NCBI GenBank assembly: GCA_054600435.1
Contig: BAAIJX010000080.1
Location: 1 to 64,000, forward strand
Direction of reading: 5' to 3'
DNA from: Neophaeotheca triangularis
Taxonomy: Eukaryota
DNA: 64,000 bases
Below, piece after piece: positions 57,642-64,000 of the stretch. The notes under the pieces are model-generated. The model searched no databases. It saw only the letters and a list, made by a program, of their open reading frames with translations, and was not told the DNA's origin. The first letter of the stretch is position 1. Each line of letters opens with the position of its first letter. A program made the position numbers and the translations under genes.

Positions 57642-60068
57642 CTAAGACCCTGGACTTCCTCCTAGCCAAGCATCCAAATCCGCTTGCTCGCCCATGTTCA
57701 GCGCCGGCATCTCATAGTCATAGTCCTCGTCGATGCGCCAGAGATCGTGCTGCTGCTCGTGGTGCGACGTAATCCTGGCACCAACGGAACCCGCGAAACC
57801 GTTCTTTTCGCCGAAGTTGAAGCTTCCGTGGCAGCTGGAAGGGACGTCGAAATCGCTGGTGAAGACGCTCGAGCCGGAACTGTCGCTCGCGCCTGGCGGG
57901 CTGAAAGCGTCGCCGCCTAAGCCGGGGTTTGTGTCGATGGCGCCAAAGTTGAAGTCTGCGGCGTCTGGGGCGAAGATGTCGTAAGCTTCGTCTGGGGGGC
58001 TAGAACCACCTTCGAAAATGTTGGCGGTGGTTTGGTTTTCGTTGGCGGTGGTTGTGGCGAGTTTGGCGTGAGGGAGCGGCGGTGAAGAGTGCACGCTCAG
58101 TGCGGAAGGTGAGACACAATTGTTTGCGTTGAGCGGTGCGCTGTTGAAATCGAAAGTTGAAGGGTCTTGCGATTTGCTGTCTGCGGGTGTCTTGTGTTGA
58201 GTGGTGTTCGCTGCGGGCGAGGTGCCACTCACCGGGGAGGTCGGTGGGGTGTCGCGCCATTGCTGCACCGTTGGGTCGAAGGAAGACTGGTCTAGCATGT
58301 CGATGAAAGCGCTTGCGTCGTAGTGGCCGCTGGTGTCTTCAGGTGTCGGCGGGAGACTGCTATGGCCTGAGCTGGAGCTAGCGTAGTGCTGCTGTTGACC
58401 TCGCTGAGAGGAATCAAGCTGTCGAGCGCGCTGCGCCTTCTCAGTCCTCTCATCTATGGTTGGGCGATCATCGCGGATCTTCCTTGGCCTGCCACGAGGT
58501 TTGCGCTCGCTTCGCGCCTTTTCAAAGCCTGGAAGGGCACCCTCACACATGCCACGCTGCCGGTGGCGCGTCAATGCGTCTTTGCGAGCAAACTTCATAC
58601 CACAAACGCATTCGGCGGACTTGTCGCCGCTGTGGATCTTTGCGTGGCGCTTGAGGTCGTGTTGACGGACGAAGCGCTTGCCGCACGGATTGCAAAGGTA
58701 GGGACGGTCCCCCAAGTGAGTCTGAATGTGAGCACGGATGTTCTCCTTACGCCCGAAAGACGAGGCGTTGCACTCAGGGTACATGCACTTCCATTTGTTG
58801 TCTTTGGGATCCTGCTCTGACATGTAATGTTGAATTTGTTCAGAGGTAACCTCGGTCCGGACAATACTGGCGTCGATGTCGAGAGCGTCCAGTGCAGCCT
58901 GGCGAGGCGACATGGGTCTAGGCGGGCCGTTGAGGAAGAATTCTTCATCTCCATCTGCCCCAGCAGTAGCTTGGAGCAGTATGTCTTGTTGACCCATAGT
59001 CGCCTCAGGATCCTCTTCATATAGTGTTGGCATGTGGGGAGTGCTCATTTGCGGTGGCGGGGAGGAGTTCGCAACAGAAGAAGAGTATGCAGAAGATGCA
59101 TAGCCTTGTCCATTCTCAACGAAGCCATTTTGGCCAAAGTTACCCTGAGAGTGGTTGTACGACGCCTCGGTTACCTGAATAGTGGGCTCCATTCCGTACC
59201 CTGAAGGCATAGGCGCAACATCGAACTGGTAGCTTTGACTCCGGGCGTGTTTGGCATGGGGAGGGGGAGGACTGGACCACACTTTGCAATTCTGCGGCGT
59301 GTTCGGCACCGTGTGGGACTGAGGGTGTCCAGAATAGGCTGTTGGTGTTTGTGGCCTAGCAAAGCCCATCGCCTGAAGTTGCTGCATGTTCATACCCGAA
59401 TTCACTGACATCTCGTCCATAGGCGGCTGAGAGTTGTCAAGGCGAGGTACGTTGATGCTGGATGTCGCGGGCAGTCCGGTCGGGTAATTCATACCAGCAT
59501 GGAGATTGGGCGATGCACCGTAGGTTGCCTTGTACCACTCGATGTGATGTTGCAACTCTTGGGCCGCTCTCTCGGGGTCCGGTACAGAGACATTCGATTG
59601 ATGTTGATGTTGGTGTTGGGGTGTATTTTGTTGCGGTTGTGGTTGCTGTGGTTGTTGAGACATTTGGTTTCCATCTTGTCGTCCGTTCAGTTGTTGTTGA
59701 AGATGGCTGGTGAAATCCATCGCTTGATGGAAGCCCGGCTGGGCCATGGGTCTGTGCTGCTGCGCTGCTTGCACGAAATGCTGTGGGTTTGATTGTTGTA
59801 GTCCTGTGTTAGTATCCATACTTACCATTGGCGACTGTAAATGTTGCTGGGGTTCCTGCTGATATTGAACCGGACGAAAGCCGTTGGGCGTCGTCATGCG
59901 GGTCAGACTTTGGTCGAGACTGAGACCGCGACGATGGCCGTGGTGGGATTGAGGTCGTCGGGGGTTCGTAGGAAGGGGAGTCGCCAGTATTGGAACTTCG
60001 AGCGATTGCTGACGGCGGTGTTGTTGGCGCCGCTTCTGGATGCTCGAATGGGGGTTGTTGGACAGCAT
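57642..60068 (-). CDS. Ace2/Swi5-like C2H2 zinc-finger transcription factor
   Basis: FGRKENIRAHIQTHLGDRPY, RFVRQHDLKRHAKIH, FARKDALTRHRQRGMC followed by the AT-hook-like RGRPRK; N-terminal HxRxxS motifs. Confidence 0.88.
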   Translation of the reverse strand: MLSNNPHSSIQKRRQQHRRQQSLEVPILATPLPTNPRRPQSHHGHRRGLSLDQSLTRMTTPNGFRPVQYQQEPQQHLQSPMVSMDTNTGLQQSNPQHFVQAAQQHRPMAQPGFHQAMDFTSHLQQQLNGRQDGNQMSQQPQQPQPQQNTPQHQHQHQSNVSVPDPERAAQELQHHIEWYKATYGASPNLHAGMNYPTGLPATSSINVPRLDNSQPPMDEMSVNSGMNMQQLQAMGFARPQTPTAYSGHPQSHTVPNTPQNCKVWSSPPPPHAKHARSQSYQFDVAPMPSGYGMEPTIQVTEASYNHSQGNFGQNGFVENGQGYASSAYSSSVANSSPPPQMSTPHMPTLYEEDPEATMGQQDILLQATAGADGDEEFFLNGPPRPMSPRQAALDALDIDASIVRTEVTSEQIQHYMSEQDPKDNKWKCMYPECNASSFGRKENIRAHIQTHLGDRPYLCNPCGKRFVRQHDLKRHAKIHSGDKSAECVCGMKFARKDALTRHRQRGMCEGALPGFEKARSERKPRGRPRKIRDDRPTIDERTEKAQRARQLDSSQRGQQQHYASSSSGHSSLPPTPEDTSGHYDASAFIDMLDQSSFDPTVQQWRDTPPTSPVSGTSPAANTTQHKTPADSKSQDPSTFDFNSAPLNANNCVSPSALSVHSSPPLPHAKLATTTANENQTTANIFEGGSSPPDEAYDIFAPDAADFNFGAIDTNPGLGGDAFSPPGASDSSGSSVFTSDFDVPSSCHGSFNFGEKNGFAGSVGARITSHHEQQHDLWRIDEDYDYEMPALNMGEQADLDAWLGGSPGS

Positions 60069-60196
60069 TTTCGTTTTGAGTGATCGGCTCTTCACACGAG
60101 TGTATGAATGCTAGAGATCACTTGTGGCAAGCTGAGTCCGGGGATGTGTTGTCGATGTACGAAGAGCAAGTCAATGCCTCCGCTTTGGATCCGGTA

Positions 60197-60251
60197 CTGT
60201 GCAGGCGGTCAGCGGTGGTGCCTCCCGAGATATGCTTCTCATTCAACGTAC
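60197..60251 (-). other. Predicted 55-nt intron in the 5'UTR of the Ace2/Swi5-like gene
   Basis: GAG|GTACGT...GCTGAC...GCACAG on the minus strand, ending about 130 nt upstream of ATG 60068. Confidence 0.6.
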
Positions 60252-60575
60252 CTCACGCAGTGCAAGCCGCGCTCGCCGGGCGCGTTGTGTTCGTTTAGCT
60301 ACACCAGTAGCGACAAGCCAATGTCTGTCACGAGGATGGGATCAAGTCGGCCTTCAGGCCTCGGAGCTGGAGGCGTTGGTAGAAGTTGCGGCCGGCGAAC
60401 TTGTGTCTCGAGGGTAGGTAGGCAGTGATAGGAGGTGTCTTTGCGGTTGTGAGAGGTTTAATGTGTGTGTGGTATGTTTGAGGTTTGAGGTGTAGTCTTT
60501 CGAAAAGAAAGAGGCTGGGATGAAGCGGCCTTGAGTGAAGGATGAAAGTCTGGCGATGTCAATGTTGATCTGTAG

Positions 60576-61402
<827 letters not shown>

Positions 61403-61502
61403 AGGAGCGAGAGGTAGCGATGGAAACACTGGGCAGCTAGTGCGATAGATAGCAGTCAAAGCATTTCCGTCGCACCAAACAATTACCAATACTACGTGAA
61501 TC

Positions 61503-61577
61503 TTCTACTCGTAGTGATGACCAAATATGCGTCGAATCACGTTTGAAGCTTCCGTGAATGCTGCGCTACGAGTAGAA
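61503..61577. repeat. Inverted repeat (hairpin) between the convergent RPS31 and DIM1 genes
   Basis: TTCTACTCGTAG (61503-61514) and CTACGAGTAGAA (61566-61577). Confidence 0.8.
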
Positions 61578-61657
61578 ATTTCGCACGAAGGGTACTATCG
61601 CTTGAACGCTATGAACTCAGTCCTCCTTCGTCTCATCGTGATCATGCAGCACTCTGT

Positions 61658-62839
61658 TCAGCCGAAATGCAGACACTCCTGGTTGAAAGCATGCAACAGC
61701 TTCAGGAAGTCCGTCTCGTCACACATCCTCGCACGCTTGTCGGCAAGCTGCACGTCGTCCTCCAAAACCTTCCTGACTTTTTCTCTCACAAGCTCGGCAA
61801 CCCTCCCTTTCTTCTTTCTGTTCGGGTTGCCCAGCGCCTTCTTCGCCTTGCGATCCGCCTCCTCCTTGAAGAAATCCGGCACGTCCTCGTCTTCATCCAC
61901 ATCCATGATCCCATCCCACTCCTCCTCAACCTGTTCGGCCCCACCATCCACATCCATTCCATCCGCCTCCCCTTGCTGCTCCAACGGACTATCATCCAGC
62001 ACGACATCGTTCTGCGCGCAAAAAGTCCTGTAGTTCCCCTCCAACATCTCCATAACACTCGTGGTCGCCAAGAACGCGCTCCTCAGAACGCGATTCTTCC
62101 GGACAAAACAGACCCGCAGCAACCCATCCCATTCCTCGTAACTGACCTGTGGCCGCGGGTTCTTCGGCTGAATCCTAACGACATTCGACTCGACCAACGG
62201 CGGCGGGTTGAAATTGTTCCTCCCGACCTTCATCACATGGCTGACCTTGGCCCACATCTGCGCGTTCACGCTCAGCCGGCTGTAAAGCCGCTCCCCGGGT
62301 CTCGCAAACAAACGCATCGCGAACTCCCGCTGGAACATGAGCACGCAAGTCCGTGGGCTCGGGCTCGTGGCTAGCAGCTTGAAAGTCAAGGGGCTTGAAA
62401 TCTGGTATGGTGTGTTGGAGATGCAGACGTCAAAGTACGGCAGCGTTTCCATCTTGATGACATCTCCCAATACCAACTCCAATCGCTTAGCGGCAGGCGT
62501 GCCTTGGAATCGCTTCGTGAGTTCGGCAGCCATGCGCGGATCTTGCTCGCAGGCTATGACCTTTTTCGCTTTTTCCAGAATGCGGGTTGTGAGGTTGCCC
62601 GTTCCCGGGCCGACTTCGAGGACGGTGTCGGATTGTTTGAGGTCGGCTTTGTCGACAATCGCTTGCGCAACACCGGGATTCTTGAGCATGTGCTGGCCTA
62701 TGTCGGTGTTCATTTTGAAGATGTTGTGAGCGGCTTTTTGCGCTTTGGCGGCTTTTTCGGTGGATTTGCTGTTGGTGTTGTTGCCGTAGCGGGCGGTTTT
62801 GGAGACGCCGCCATGGCTGGTCTTGGGTGTTTTTGCCAT
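61658..62839 (-). CDS. DIM1: 18S rRNA dimethyladenosine transferase Dim1
   Basis: GQHMLKNP, VLEVGPGTGNLT, ISNTPYQISSP, LMFQREFA, YSRLSVN; ATG 62839. Confidence 0.95.
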   Translation of the reverse strand: MAKTPKTSHGGVSKTARYGNNTNSKSTEKAAKAQKAAHNIFKMNTDIGQHMLKNPGVAQAIVDKADLKQSDTVLEVGPGTGNLTTRILEKAKKVIACEQDPRMAAELTKRFQGTPAAKRLELVLGDVIKMETLPYFDVCISNTPYQISSPLTFKLLATSPSPRTCVLMFQREFAMRLFARPGERLYSRLSVNAQMWAKVSHVMKVGRNNFNPPPLVESNVVRIQPKNPRPQVSYEEWDGLLRVCFVRKNRVLRSAFLATTSVMEMLEGNYRTFCAQNDVVLDDSPLEQQGEADGMDVDGGAEQVEEEWDGIMDVDEDEDVPDFFKEEADRKAKKALGNPNRKKKGRVAELVREKVRKVLEDDVQLADKRARMCDETDFLKLLHAFNQECLHFG

Positions 62840-63410
62840 GATTGTGTTCGGAACCACTGCAGTCGTCGTGTCGAGGGTTCTGCACCGGGAGGAGAAAAAG
62901 GCCTCGAGCAAGAATCTCTGGAAGCATTTGGCGCTTTGACGCGCCTTGGCGGCAGCGGAAATAGATCCGATATCTCGGGCGTCTGCAGGGGATGAGCCTA
63001 TGAGGCAGTCGCCCCAAGGCGAAACGACACTTTCACATTGCTAGAGACTAACACAGACCCCTATTCAGTGAACGAGAGGATTCAATGCTGATCATGAGGT
63101 CCGACTGTTGACCCGATTATGATGTTGAATCACGTTCGGCCCAAAGCGAATTACTACCAGTAGGGTAGACCTATCGATCTCGGCGAGCTCAAAGAAGTTA
63201 CTCGAGTCTCCTTCATACGGGAAAGGCTAATGAATACCCATGTAATATTAGAGCAGAGATCAGCGTGCAATCGAGGGTCAAAAACCATCCTACTAGTGCA
63301 GAGGCGACTTGGTGCATTAAGAAGCCGCTGCATCAATCACGGCCACGATAGTGAAGGATCTCTTGTGCACCAGTGATGTTTCTTGAGCGTTGAAGAGGAA
63401 ATGGCAAGGT

Positions 63411-63466
63411 AGATAAGATAAGATAAGATGATAAGATAAGATAAGATAAGATAAGATAAGATAAGA
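63411..63466. repeat. (GATAA)n pentanucleotide repeat, 10 units
   Basis: agataagataagataagatgataagataag...ataaga. Confidence 0.9.
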
Positions 63467-63642
63467 AGAAATGTCGACCCCTCCCTCCTTCGCACCTTAA
63501 ACTGACCCTTCTACCGCCCCTCACCTCACCTCATGACTTCGGTACGGTTAGAAACTAACTTAACCTCCGAAATTGGAACGCTTGACACCTAAGTAGTGAC
63601 GCAAAACAGACATTGGTGAGCAGGCCTCCAGATCGCTGCGCC

Positions 63643-64000
63643 ATGACTTTCCTCAGCTTTGGGCAAAAGTTAGTCTTACGCCCACTCGATTAGCACCCAT
63701 CTGATCACAACTCTGAACCCAAAGCCAGGATGCCGCCACGTCTGACGGTGACGGCTGATGACAAAGATTTCGACACGGAGGTTCTCCAGCACTTTCGCGA
63801 TGAAGGTTTCCAAGTCGAATACCTCGCCTACACGGGCAATGAGAAGACGTACAGATCGTTGCTTTCGGGCTTAGCAGATGATCTCGAATTGGGCGAAACA
63901 TACGCAGTGGTTGCCTACGGGGACGCGGCATCAGTAGCTCTGGACCACTACATCAAACCTCAGCCTAAAGTCGCAGCACTTGTCGCCTATTATCCTCTCC
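63643..64000 (+). CDS. Dienelactone hydrolase-like fungal protein, 5' part only (truncated by the window end)
   Basis: Not in the ORF track. ATG 63643 and intron 63669-63728 join in frame to MPPRLTVTADDKDFD..FRDEGFQVEYL..GETYAVVAYGDAA..VAALVAYYP. Confidence 0.7.

Noticed and set aside
11027..60068. Apparent cell-cycle gene cluster (YCS4, CDC7, SPC34, PRI1, Ace2-like)
   Set aside because: The genes are separated by many unrelated genes over about 50 kb; compatible with chance without synteny data.

Overview
Gene-dense, intron-containing fungal genomic DNA (Pezizomycotina; most consistent with a Dothideomycete, which is inference). About 29 protein-coding genes were reconstructed by hand with GT-AG introns and CTRAY-type branch points. 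Most are conserved housekeeping genes: COG4, NIPA-type Mg2+ transporter, LSM12-like, condensin YCS4, CDC7, AIP1, a WW protein, Pac2-type WOPR factor, IMP3, RPN3, SPC34, TAF12, a TBC Rab-GAP, chromate transporter, PhzF-like, PRI1, DUF1917, Ace2/Swi5-like zinc-finger factor, ubiquitin-S27a and DIM1. No tRNA, rRNA, CRISPR or autonomous transposon was recognised. The most interesting signals are: (1) a 22-nt donor/branch/acceptor cassette inside the Ace2/Swi5 coding sequence, which with a 5'UTR intron predicts a splice switch removing two of three NDR-kinase (HxRxxS) sites; (2) a type-II membrane protein kinase whose catalytic domain probably faces the secretory lumen; (3) 13 PacC-type GCCAAG sites upstream of pac2; (4) a highly self-complementary non-coding element upstream of that kinase; (5) a diverged direct repeat flanking a pfkB gene; (6) a secreted SurE homologue with altered catalytic motifs. 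All family assignments are from motif recognition by eye; no database search was run.
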